From a virus (lineage: Duplodnaviria > Caudoviricetes): 64,000 nt of DNA. Made by a program: the position numbers and the translations under genes. The notes beneath the pieces were generated by a model. It searched no databases. It saw only the letters and a program-made list of their open reading frames with translations, and was not told where the DNA came from. The stretch lies in the IMG/VR virus record IMGVR_UViG_2531839014_000003, positions 1 through 64,000 of that record. One strand, 5' to 3'. Positions 53,535 to 62,950 of the stretch are shown here, piece after piece (within the stretch, counting starts at the first letter, position 1; each line of letters starts with the position of its first letter).

Positions 53535-54271
53535 TTGAATTTTCAAGCGATACCACTTAAAAAAATCAAAAACTATGTAATCTATTGTGATATCCCTTAT
53601 CGTGGAACTACTAAATACGCTACTAATTCGTTCTCATATGAAGAATTTTATGAATGGGTAAAAGTAGCGAGCATGAATAATACAGTTTTGATAAGTGAAT
53701 ATTCAATGCCTGATGATTTTACTTGCATTTGGCAAAAAGAAACCAAGACATTATTGGATAGTAACAAAAATAAGGATGATAAAAACAATATAAGGGTTGA
53801 AAAGTTATTTACGTATATTAGATAAAAATTCAAATTTATAAACTTTACATCTTTGATGTTTGGTATCTGTTTTTTTAAGTTTCTAATAGCACCAGCAGAC
53901 CATTTCCCGCTATTATCACCTTTAGAATCTCTTGCATAACCACCGAAATATTTTGCACCGAAACTTGCACAAAATCCTACAAGACCTAAGTACCAATCTG
54001 GATAATTTTCTTTGTTCTGCTGAACTTCCTTATATTCATTCTCTAAGATTCTTTCTGGCAATTCAGTTTCATGTTCCTGTGCATATTTTAATAATTCGAT
54101 CAACTGTTTATGTATGTCACAACCTATTCTTTTCTTATGCTTAATCTTATCAATCATGTTTGCACCACCAACAAAAGGCTCTAGATAACCATTTGTGTCA
54201 TCAGTTATATAAGACTGAATAATTGGCGCTAAATCCTTACTTAATTTGTTCTTACTTCCAACGTATCTTAT
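53535..54271 (-). pseudogene. Dam/D12-class N6-adenine methyltransferase split by an internal inversion
   Basis: YVGSK and EPFVGG on minus strand (54271-53825); YCDIPY, ISEY, EKLF on plus strand (53544-53825); re-inversion gives a 242-aa ORF. Confidence 0.88.
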
Positions 54272-54360
54272 TTTTTATTTCCCAGAAAGTGACATGTCCT
54301 TAGTAGCTACCTAACTTTTTCCTTTCTGATTTTCTTTTATAAAGACTTAAAATCAACCTT

Positions 54361-54906
54361 TTATCTAGTCATCAACGGTCTTTCATATGTAACCAATTTT
54401 TCTACAATGAGATCCTTTGGCAACAAATCTCTGCAAAAATATGCAGTCGCAAAAGGACTACCTTTTACCACACTATCCATATGATTTTTATCATGGTAAC
54501 AAACTCTTGCATCAAAACTAAGAATCTGGATACCTTGTTTGAAATATTTGTATCTCGTTTTGCCTTGTAATGAGTTCAATGGCAACAAGATAGCAAATGG
54601 TTTATTGAATGAATATAACCGTTCTAATACCTTGTCTTTAATTGAGAAAGGCGGATTACTAACAACAATATCCCACTCATCCGGTTCATATTCAAAGAAG
54701 TCTTCTCCTTCTTCTAATGAACTTCTTACTACTTTAAATCCTTCTTCTTTTAATCTCTGATAAAATGCTGACCATTCACAGTCCCAGGGACACCAAATTA
54801 TTTTATCTTTAGATAGGTATTTAATAATCGGATCTACCGCATAGGCAGGAGTAAATAAATCATCCTGCTTTTTATTCGAAGTCAAATACCCTATATTTAA
54901 TCCTAT
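54361..54906 (-). CDS. Amino (N6-adenine) DNA methyltransferase
   Basis: FTP, IWCPWD, DFF, SNPPFS; probable ATA start. Confidence 0.75.
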   Translation of the reverse strand: MGLNIGYLTSNKKQDDLFTPAYAVDPIIKYLSKDKIIWCPWDCEWSAFYQRLKEEGFKVVRSSLEEGEDFFEYEPDEWDIVVSNPPFSIKDKVLERLYSFNKPFAILLPLNSLQGKTRYKYFKQGIQILSFDARVCYHDKNHMDSVVKGSPFATAYFCRDLLPKDLIVEKLVTYERPLMTR

Positions 54907-55052
54907 AAATATCACTCCTTTGCTATTTAATTCTCTTTTATTGGAAATTACACACTAGATTAAGTATGTTTAGAATTGTATGATAACCTTAATCGTCGGA
55001 TTATCAGTCGTAATTAGGAGTAGATCAGACTATCTACTTTTTAATTCTCTGT

Positions 55053-55511
55053 TTAATATTCACTCAATGCATAGAACCATTCAATCTTTCCATCAAGTTC
55101 CTGCACCTGTTTTCTCAATTCATTTTCTTTCTTCTTACTATCTGTTCTCCGACATTTCTTCCACAAATCGTCTCTCTGTTTCTTCAGTTCAAGGTATTCT
55201 TCCGTCCTGTCTTCCTCACCAATCACAACAATCTCAATAGGTTCTCCACAATGAGGACAGAACTTAATCGGATAATAATATTCATTCTCCCATTCATCTT
55301 CCCAATCTTTAACTGTTTCAGAAAGCCAAGAAGCAAAATGAGGAAGTGTAATATTGTCATCGTCATAAGTGTCGTAGAAATCATACGTAGATGATTCTTC
55401 CGTAAATTCTATTGTTCTGTTTTTAGTAATTGCTTCACAGCAATATTTGAATGGTTTGTACTTATATGATACAGAGCCATCGAATTTTAGTTTAATCAAT
55501 TCAATTTTTAT
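55053..55511 (-). CDS. Hypothetical protein with FCPHCG zinc motif
   Basis: YCC..FCPHCG; probable ATA start behind GGAGGT. Confidence 0.55.
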   Translation of the reverse strand: MKIELIKLKFDGSVSYKYKPFKYCCEAITKNRTIEFTEESSTYDFYDTYDDDNITLPHFASWLSETVKDWEDEWENEYYYPIKFCPHCGEPIEIVVIGEEDRTEEYLELKKQRDDLWKKCRRTDSKKKENELRKQVQELDGKIEWFYALSEY

Positions 55512-56073
55512 CTTTCTCACCTCCAGTAAGTATCTCATCCAATGTTACAGGTTCATAATTCCATAGCATACACCCGACATTGTGAATTTGATTTGTAAAT
55601 CCTTTATCATTCAGTTCTTTTGCTATCCTCAATTCCTCATAATGCTCTTTCGTATTATGTGAATGACCATGAAGTAAAATGGAACCATAATAATGTGCGT
55701 TATAGAACGGCATAAAATAATGACTCAAGATACATCTCTTAACTTCTCCGTTTTGAAGAGTTACCTTAATGTCATCATAATCTTTAATTGCTTCAAACAA
55801 ATCCTTATACTTCCTACTTGCATTTCTAAAATCATGGTTTCCAAGAACTAATCTCTTATGTCCATTGAGTTTCTTTAAGAACTCAATATGTTCATCACCT
55901 TGTTTCCACGTATAATCACCTAGAATGTATACAGTATCATCTTTCGATACTTTACTATTCCAACGTTTTAACATTTCATTACACATGTCTTCCATTGTAT
56001 TCCACGGTCTATTATCAAAACGCAGCACATTATTATGAAAGAAATGAGTGTCACTAGTAAAAAGTACCGCCAT
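55501..56073 (-). CDS. Calcineurin-like metallophosphoesterase
   Basis: SDTHF.H, LGD, GNHD, HGHSH. Confidence 0.9.
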   Translation of the reverse strand: MAVLFTSDTHFFHNNVLRFDNRPWNTMEDMCNEMLKRWNSKVSKDDTVYILGDYTWKQGDEHIEFLKKLNGHKRLVLGNHDFRNASRKYKDLFEAIKDYDDIKVTLQNGEVKRCILSHYFMPFYNAHYYGSILLHGHSHNTKEHYEELRIAKELNDKGFTNQIHNVGCMLWNYEPVTLDEILTGGEKDKN

Positions 56074-56088
56074 CTAAACACCTTCTTT

Positions 56089-57450
56089 CTATTCCTCAAT
56101 CCAACCGTCTGTAATTCCAGTCATATAATAAATCAAATCTTCTTTTGTATTATTTAATTCTCCGTCTATGACTTTATTTAGAATTACGTTTAACCAATAA
56201 CCGATATCTTTTCCTTCTTTTATCATCATTGTTTTCTTGACATCATTACCATTAATGACTAAATCTTTCAATGAAAAACATGGTTTCTCTGATAATACTT
56301 CTTCTAATAATGCTTTAATATCAAATACTTTCTGTAATCTTCCATTCTCGTAATCAGGATTTTGACCTTTAATATCTGCTTTTCGTACTTGAAGAAGTCT
56401 TCTAAACTGCAATTCTCCTATCTTATTTAACCATCTCTTGATATACTTTTTGCCAACTTCAAAAGTAGCGTCATGATAATAAATCAGTTCTACAACAGAA
56501 TTTCTAGTATCATTGTCAAATCTCATACGTTTCATAATTTCATCTGTCATATCCGCACTAACTCTACCATGACCTTTGAAATGCCTTGTTCCATCTTCAT
56601 CGTCTTGATATGAATGTGGTTTACCAATATCGTGAAATAATACAGCTAATTTTATAATTAACTCTTCATCTTCACAGTTCTCAATCGCATGAATTGTATG
56701 TTCCCACACATTGTAATTATGATATGGATTGTTCTGTTTAAACTCAAACATATCTTTTAACTCTGGAATAAATAATGCAAATACTTCATTATATAAAACC
56801 ATCTGTACACAAAAACTATTTGAAGATACTATTTTGCAGAACTCGTTATTGATTCTTTCAATAGATATATTCTCTAAATTTTTATATTGTTTATGAATTT
56901 CCCAATCTGTATCAGGCATCATTACAAAATCAAGTTGAGAAGCAAATCGAATTGCTCTAAGTATTCTTAGAGCATCTTCCGAAAATCTATCTTTTGCAGA
57001 ACCAACACAATTTATCTTGTTATATTTAATATCTTCCATTCCACCAAAAGGGTCAATCAAACCAGCTTCGTCATTATAAGCCATTGCATTGATTGTAAAA
57101 TCCCTGCGCTTCAAATCTTCAATGAGATTATCTGTAAAAGTTACGATATCTGGTCTTCTATGATCAGAATAATCTCCATCCAGTCGATAGGTTGTAATTT
57201 CATATGGTTCGCCATTCGCAACAACTGTAATTGTTCCGTGTTGCAATCCAGTTTCAATTACCTTCTTATTTTTAAAAATGTCTAACATCTCCGAAGGAGT
57301 TGCTGACGTACAAATATCCCAATCACTAGGTGCTCTACCTAAAATACTATCTCTAACACAGCCTCCGACTACATATGCCTCATAGCCATGTTCTTGTAAA
57401 ATATGAATCAAATCATATGCATCTTGCGGTATGCTTATTTTAAAATTCAC
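56089..57450 (-). CDS. cca: CCA-adding tRNA nucleotidyltransferase with HD domain
   Basis: VGGCVRD, DWDI, RRDFTINA, EDALRILRA, ERI, HDIGK. Confidence 0.92.
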   Translation of the reverse strand: MNFKISIPQDAYDLIHILQEHGYEAYVVGGCVRDSILGRAPSDWDICTSATPSEMLDIFKNKKVIETGLQHGTITVVANGEPYEITTYRLDGDYSDHRRPDIVTFTDNLIEDLKRRDFTINAMAYNDEAGLIDPFGGMEDIKYNKINCVGSAKDRFSEDALRILRAIRFASQLDFVMMPDTDWEIHKQYKNLENISIERINNEFCKIVSSNSFCVQMVLYNEVFALFIPELKDMFEFKQNNPYHNYNVWEHTIHAIENCEDEELIIKLAVLFHDIGKPHSYQDDEDGTRHFKGHGRVSADMTDEIMKRMRFDNDTRNSVVELIYYHDATFEVGKKYIKRWLNKIGELQFRRLLQVRKADIKGQNPDYENGRLQKVFDIKALLEEVLSEKPCFSLKDLVINGNDVKKTMMIKEGKDIGYWLNVILNKVIDGELNNTKEDLIYYMTGITDGWIEE

Positions 57451-58468
57451 CTTTTACCACCCTTTCATTAACACTTGCAGTAAATTCCTTAATTCTATCA
57501 TAATCAGGATTGTCTGGTAAACTTGTATTCTCTTTTGCATATTCCAATTTCTTTTCAAAATCATCTACCATTTCATAGAATTCTGGAATAGGTTGGTTAT
57601 TGTCGTCAAGATATTTGCCATTACGAATATCCATAAGCACGTCATGATCTGCTTCTCTATATGTTATTATCTTCTCTTTTTCAAGAATATCTAAGCACAT
57701 AAGATATAAACGAATTAGATGCATCATATGCTTTCCGAGTTTACCATGTTCGATTGCGTTTTTATTTCTCTTTCCAATCTTGGAGTAATCATTAACAACA
57801 TTATTCATTTCAGACCACATGGCTTTGTAATCTCTCAATGGATAATGATGTAAATTCACATCCATAAAGATTTCAGAATCATATTCTTCCTGTTCTGACT
57901 TATCAATATACAATTTGATACTGTCTTCACTAAACGAAAAATACTTTTCTGGAAATGTATGATAAGCGTTCATAATACTGTTCAGTATATGTTTCTCTCT
58001 TTGTTCTTGATTTACAAGTCTTACTGCTTTGTTATCGAGTCTACGAAGCTGCGCTGTCGCATATCCTCCAAATGAATAAACCGCTCTCTTAGATAAGAAT
58101 AAATGTGCATTATCAAGTAATTCCTGACCTATATGAGATACATAGAAATAGTGTTCTGGCTTATTACCAAGCATCTCAATTGTATTAGGATTTACATTAC
58201 TCAATAATGCAACAAGTTTATTGAATGAATAAATCGTGGTATCAGTCGCTTCATTTACAAACTGCTCAAAATTCTCATTAGTAAGAATCTGCATTTTACT
58301 ATTCAAAGAACAACCACGAATATCCAAATCACTATTCTCATTGTTTGTTCCATAAGCATAACTGCCACCTAATGTAAGAAGTATGATGTTATTACCTAGA
58401 TTTCTGTCAGTTTTAAGGAATCCATACTCATCTGATCGTAATTTTTCTTTAATCTTTTCTAATGTCAT
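57440..58468 (-). CDS. Pol-beta-superfamily nucleotidyltransferase, RlaP-like
   Basis: GSYAYG.N...SDLDIRG, NPN.IE, K.MMHLIRL. Confidence 0.8.
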   Translation of the reverse strand: MTLEKIKEKLRSDEYGFLKTDRNLGNNIILLTLGGSYAYGTNNENSDLDIRGCSLNSKMQILTNENFEQFVNEATDTTIYSFNKLVALLSNVNPNTIEMLGNKPEHYFYVSHIGQELLDNAHLFLSKRAVYSFGGYATAQLRRLDNKAVRLVNQEQREKHILNSIMNAYHTFPEKYFSFSEDSIKLYIDKSEQEEYDSEIFMDVNLHHYPLRDYKAMWSEMNNVVNDYSKIGKRNKNAIEHGKLGKHMMHLIRLYLMCLDILEKEKIITYREADHDVLMDIRNGKYLDDNNQPIPEFYEMVDDFEKKLEYAKENTSLPDNPDYDRIKEFTASVNERVVKGEF

Positions 58469-58613
58469 ATTCTTTTCTCACTTTCTGCTTGTATTGTTAT
58501 CTATTTTACATTATAATTATCATTAATGGTAGTCACCTAGACATGCTTTACTTATTAGAAACGAGCCTCCCATTCAGCTTACAATGCTACTCATACAAAG
58601 GAGGTGATAAGAC

Positions 58614-58715
58614 ATGGGCAATGTACCTATGGCGCATGTCCGTGCGTACTGGCGGTTCCGCTGTTATCAGTGGGAATTCGTACATGAACACCTGCGTCAC
58701 TATCCAACCCGATAG
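58614..58715 (+). CDS. 33-aa basic/aromatic small protein with own promoter
   Basis: TTGTAT-17-TATAAT (58489-58517), AAAGGAGGT SD, MGNVPMAHVRAYWRFRCYQWEFVHEHLRHYPTR. Confidence 0.6.
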   Translation: MGNVPMAHVRAYWRFRCYQWEFVHEHLRHYPTR

Positions 58716-59009
58716 ATGATTGCAGTGGTGACTATCTATAACATGGTTCATTTCCCATATTACGAATCCATCTCAGGACTTAAAATGTGGCTTTTAAGGT
58801 ACTAATAGAAATCTAAGCGAATTAATAATGTTTACCACTAATGCCAATATGCAAACCACTAAACTATAAAGTGTTCCATCCATTATAGATTCTTTTTTAA
58901 TCTTTTTGTACACCGGATATCCAATGAGCCAAATTATATAAATCAATACACTAATCCAAAATATCACCTGCATTTTCTTTTCCTTTCAAATATATACAAA
59001 ATCGTTAAT

Positions 59010-60047
59010 TCATTCCTTTAACACCACCACAATATATTTGTCCATCTCATGTCCCAATTTCACACAATTTCCATGAGATATGTGATTTTTCCATGCGTTA
59101 TATGATTCATCAAACTTTTCTCTATTTAATTTTCCTTTTTTAACCAAATAAGCCATTCTCTTAAATCTCTTTTTAGCAACTCTTTTATTTTCGTTTTTCA
59201 ACTTTCGTATAACCTTACCATCAATTGTAACGTATGTATGAAATCCACAAAATTTAATACCATTCTTGAAAGGTATAATCTGTGTCTTTCCATTTAACTC
59301 AAGTCCGAGACTATGAGCAAATTCATATATTGTAGACAGACACCATTTCGCATATTCTTTTGATTCAACAATCAAGTAGAAATCGTCCATATACCTTCCA
59401 TAATATTTCACACCTAATTCTCCTGTGATAAAATGGTCAAGTCCCGATAAATATAAAAGTGCAAACACTTGACTTAATTGATTTCCCAATGGAAGACCGA
59501 ACCCCTTAGTGCTATCAATAAACTTCTCACATAACCAGTATACATCGTCATCCTTTAAAAAATATCGCACCATATCCTTCAATATGTCATGGTCAATACT
59601 GTAAAAGAATTTGCTAATATCAGCTTTTACAATCCAACAATCATATCCGTATTTATGATATGCTAGATACATTTGTGCTCTAAGCCAATCCAAACCAAAT
59701 AAAGTCCCCTTTCCCACTTGTCCAGCAAAGTTATTTGGTACAAATTCAGTTTTTAAACACGGCAAGAGTACGTTGTCACATAAACTATGTTGCACTATTT
59801 TATCTACAAATGAACCAGATTTTATTATTCTTTCTTTTGGTTCATAAACCGTAAACTCATTATACTTTCCAACTTCATATGTCTTTGTTTCCAATCTTCT
59901 CTTTATCTGATGAATTCCATCAAGTGCAGTAATTTGAAATCGTTGTCTACTTTTAGAAAATCCTTTACCCGATTTAGATTTTATATATGCTTGATACAAA
60001 TTGCCAAAATCAGTTATCTTCTCGAAATCAGTTTTACTTTCTATCAT
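59010..60047 (-). CDS. DGR reverse transcriptase
   Basis: KADISKFF, GLPLGNQLSQ, RYMDD, F.GF. Confidence 0.96.
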   Translation of the reverse strand: MIESKTDFEKITDFGNLYQAYIKSKSGKGFSKSRQRFQITALDGIHQIKRRLETKTYEVGKYNEFTVYEPKERIIKSGSFVDKIVQHSLCDNVLLPCLKTEFVPNNFAGQVGKGTLFGLDWLRAQMYLAYHKYGYDCWIVKADISKFFYSIDHDILKDMVRYFLKDDDVYWLCEKFIDSTKGFGLPLGNQLSQVFALLYLSGLDHFITGELGVKYYGRYMDDFYLIVESKEYAKWCLSTIYEFAHSLGLELNGKTQIIPFKNGIKFCGFHTYVTIDGKVIRKLKNENKRVAKKRFKRMAYLVKKGKLNREKFDESYNAWKNHISHGNCVKLGHEMDKYIVVVLKE

Positions 60048-60070
60048 AATATTGTATTCCTTTATATTTA

Positions 60071-60092
60071 TCCTGCCTCTTGCGAGACAGGA
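60071..60092 (-). other. GNRA-capped hairpin in the TR-RT spacer
   Basis: TCCTGTCTC-GCAA-GAGGCAGGA on the minus strand. Confidence 0.6.
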
Positions 60093-60166
60093 AGGGTTGT
60101 CTATTCTTTTGATGATGGGACTCTAATTTCGGTGTTTCTCCTACTTTCTTTCGTCTTCCATCCCAG

Positions 60167-60250
60167 AACGGGCGAACACCCCTATCGTTCCAACCACAGT
60201 CGTTGTAGTTCACGTTGCCGTTGGAGTTGACATACTGGATGTAAGAGGCC
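60167..60250 (-). repeat. DGR template repeat (TR)
   Basis: 84-bp AAC-rich copy of 60755-60838. Confidence 0.96.
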
Positions 60251-60273
60251 ATACAATAGACAACCCGCAAAGC

Positions 60274-60636
60274 TCATCTCTGTTTATCTTTCGAGCGCCA
60301 AGCTATGGTCATGTACTTTATATCATCAATTTGCTTTTGCCAATATGACACCGTGTCAGTTCCAATCAAATTCATGTTCATTGATAGTTCTACATAACAC
60401 GATAATTTGTCGCAGCAAGATATTGCTTTAGTCTGAAGCTCTAGTCGTTCTGATTTTGAGGTTTCTAATTTCAGTCTATTTGCATCAAGCAAGTATTCAT
60501 AAATATCCATACAACGATTTTGAATACGTTTTATTAAAATCGAGTGTTTGACTGGATATCTTTTTCTGTTTGATGTAATTGTCATAGTATATTCCATAAG
60601 TTTTATAGATTTTACAATGACATCAAGTTCTGCCAT
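60274..60636 (-). CDS. avd: DGR accessory variability determinant (four-helix bundle)
   Basis: 120 aa, YP..H..L..RI, AN, W motifs; lies between target and TR. Confidence 0.88.
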   Translation of the reverse strand: MAELDVIVKSIKLMEYTMTITSNRKRYPVKHSILIKRIQNRCMDIYEYLLDANRLKLETSKSERLELQTKAISCCDKLSCYVELSMNMNLIGTDTVSYWQKQIDDIKYMTIAWRSKDKQR

Positions 60637-60675
60637 GAATAAGTTCCTACCTCCATTTGTTATTGTCCAGCCACC

Positions 60676-60694
60676 GGCACGGCTTCGCCATGCC
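60676..60694 (-). promoter_or_regulatory. DGR target-recognition hairpin
   Basis: GGCATGGC-GAA-GCCGTGCC downstream of VR. Confidence 0.75.
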
Positions 60695-61500
60695 TAGTGC
60701 ACTTGCCTCCCGCTAGTTTTTTCAGATACAAAGATTGAAGATTTAATGATGCAAAACGGGCGAACACCCCCATCGTCCCAACCACAGTCGCCGAAGCCCA
60801 CGTCGCCGCCGGAGTCGACACACCGGACGTAAGAGGCCCCGGTGCCTGAAGGTGTACTGTCTGGTGTAGCAAGCCACCACCAGCTATCACTCTTAGGAAT
60901 ACTCTTCCTACATTCCCTATATAAATCCAGTGTTGGGATTGCAAGAATATCTCCCTCAACAATGCCATAATCATCTAACCCGTCAAGAGATAATAAATCT
61001 AAAGCAATTGGCACGAGTCTGTCTCCAAACTCTTTTCTTAAGTCTTTAGCTAGCTCACTATCCACAAGCTCATTGCGAATGTTGGATTCTGCATAATTGT
61101 TATTTTTTCCAAAAGTAGATTCCTCAAGAAAACCATCAAGCAAATAGTATGTACCTTTTTCATCGCTCTTAATTGGTGTCCACGCACGTCCACACATAAC
61201 AACAAATTTATCTTTAAGATACTCTTTTACTGCTACACGAAAGTCAGCCTCGTATCTTCCAGGATCATCGTCGTACCAATCCGGAGTAATATCCTGATCA
61301 ACGATATATTCCCATTTGCCAATATCGACTGCCTTGTTTCCATCAGGTGGTACAAGTTCCGCTCTAACAAATGTCTTCGAAGCGTTAAAATGAGTATCTT
61401 CAATTCCAAGACTTTCTAACAAATCTGAATGACTATCGTTTCCTTCTGGTGCTAAGACTACTCTGTTCTTTAAAATAATTCCTGATTTAAATTTACACAT
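60694..61500 (-). CDS. DGR target protein with C-terminal CLec-like (DUF6273-like) domain
   Basis: WWWLATP...VRCV..GVRP C-terminus encoded by VR. Confidence 0.9.
   Translation of the reverse strand: MCKFKSGIILKNRVVLAPEGNDSHSDLLESLGIEDTHFNASKTFVRAELVPPDGNKAVDIGKWEYIVDQDITPDWYDDDPGRYEADFRVAVKEYLKDKFVVMCGRAWTPIKSDEKGTYYLLDGFLEESTFGKNNNYAESNIRNELVDSELAKDLRKEFGDRLVPIALDLLSLDGLDDYGIVEGDILAIPTLDLYRECRKSIPKSDSWWWLATPDSTPSGTGASYVRCVDSGGDVGFGDCGWDDGGVRPFCIIKSSIFVSEKTSGRQVH
60755..60838 (-). repeat. DGR variable repeat (VR)
   Basis: 70/84 identical to TR; all 14 differences at TR adenines. Confidence 0.96.
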
Positions 61501-62263
61501 ATTATTTATCTCCTTCTTTTATTTTCTATTTATTTTATTCTCTCTTATGACGGACAAAAATCCTGATTTCTTCCTATTCGCTTTTAATTATAGTAGTTCC
61601 ATTTTTCAATCACTTTATCCCCTCTAATTCTTAATTCTTGCTACATATTTAGTGTCAATCAAAGCAACAAGATTTTCCGTTGATTTTCCATTCACATAAA
61701 TGCTTCTCATAATATTTAATGGAATTGATACACAATCTCCATTACTGAGAAACCAAATGTAAAACTTATCATTCAAAACCTTTATGGAATGAATTCTTTT
61801 ATAGAACTGTTTTAAATCTGATTCTAATTCTCTTTGCATCCAATGATAAAAATCATATCTGTCCATACTCAATTCGTTCATATTATATGCTCCTTTGCTC
61901 TTTTCATAATAATCACCCTGTTCTTTGTGATAATATTTTAGTTCATATAAAATATTCGTTTCTTCCGTTTTTAGGCATCAAGGGTATTTGGCGAAATCTT
62001 CATCACCTTCAAAAACATCCAGGAACACATTTTCAATAGCCTGTTCAATATGGCTCATACCAGTTTCAGTATCACATTGTTCCATTAACTGTTGTGCAAC
62101 GTACTCAGCAAATTCCTGTCTTTTTCCTTTCTTGACTTTAATGTAATTTTCTCCATCTTCACTATAATTTTCTGGGCTATTATTAAAAGCATTGATAAGA
62201 TTACTAATCGGAATTTCCCATCTTACAACCTTGTCCGTTACCGTTGCTGTAAATCCATTTTCT

Positions 62264-62950
62264 TCAAATTTTTTCATTGCATATCTCCTTATAACTTAAA
62301 ATTTTAATATTTAATGGAATATACTCATAGTCTTTGAAAAAATGTTCCTTGTCATTTGGTGTCACATGGAATACCCAACATGGGCAACTCCGTTTATGTT
62401 CTTCATATTCCAGCCACCATCCAACACAACATTCACCATCTTCACTCTGTTTTTTTCTTTCAACAGTAGACAGAATAATCACATAGTTCTTGTTTGGTTT
62501 AGTTAATAAATCTTTATGATACTCTAAAACTTGCTCATAATTATCACACACACCATAACAACCACCATTTAATAATTTTTCTTCACAGTTATTTTTAATA
62601 AACGCATCCCCATTGAAAATATATCCATCATGTCTATATACACCTTTGTCATATCTTTCAAAATATGATTTCTCGCTACTTAAATCTACACCGTTTATTT
62701 GTGCAATCATTCCACAAATATCATCTGGTTTTACTGTATAATACATTAAATCTTTTAACATCTTTACTTCCTCCTTTGAAATCGAACATTTATATGTTAT
62801 TGTCTTTTTCTCTTTTAACTTTCTCTTTCTCATTTCTTTTTCTTCACACATGTCGCAGCGAGACAAATAATGAGGGCACGGTTTATCATCAATTCCACAT
62901 ATTGGATAATCTAAATCAAGAGTCCAATCACCAGGCATTTTTACCTCCAA
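62264..62950 (-). CDS. Hypothetical protein
   Basis: 228-aa ORF. Confidence 0.5.
   Translation of the reverse strand: MEVKMPGDWTLDLDYPICGIDDKPCPHYLSRCDMCEEKEMRKRKLKEKKTITYKCSISKEEVKMLKDLMYYTVKPDDICGMIAQINGVDLSSEKSYFERYDKGVYRHDGYIFNGDAFIKNNCEEKLLNGGCYGVCDNYEQVLEYHKDLLTKPNKNYVIILSTVERKKQSEDGECCVGWWLEYEEHKRSCPCWVFHVTPNDKEHFFKDYEYIPLNIKILSYKEICNEKI

Larger units (their letters stand above)
59010..61500 (-). mobile_element. Diversity-generating retroelement (target-VR, hairpin, avd, TR, RT)
   Basis: All components present in canonical order; TR/VR differ only at TR adenines. Confidence 0.97.

Noticed and set aside
53648-53824. Hydrophobic C-terminal tail on ORF 53648..54157
   Set aside because: It is the antisense reading of the inverted methylase segment
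60034-60270. 78-aa ORF similar to the target C-terminus
   Set aside because: It is the translated TR, which functions as RNA
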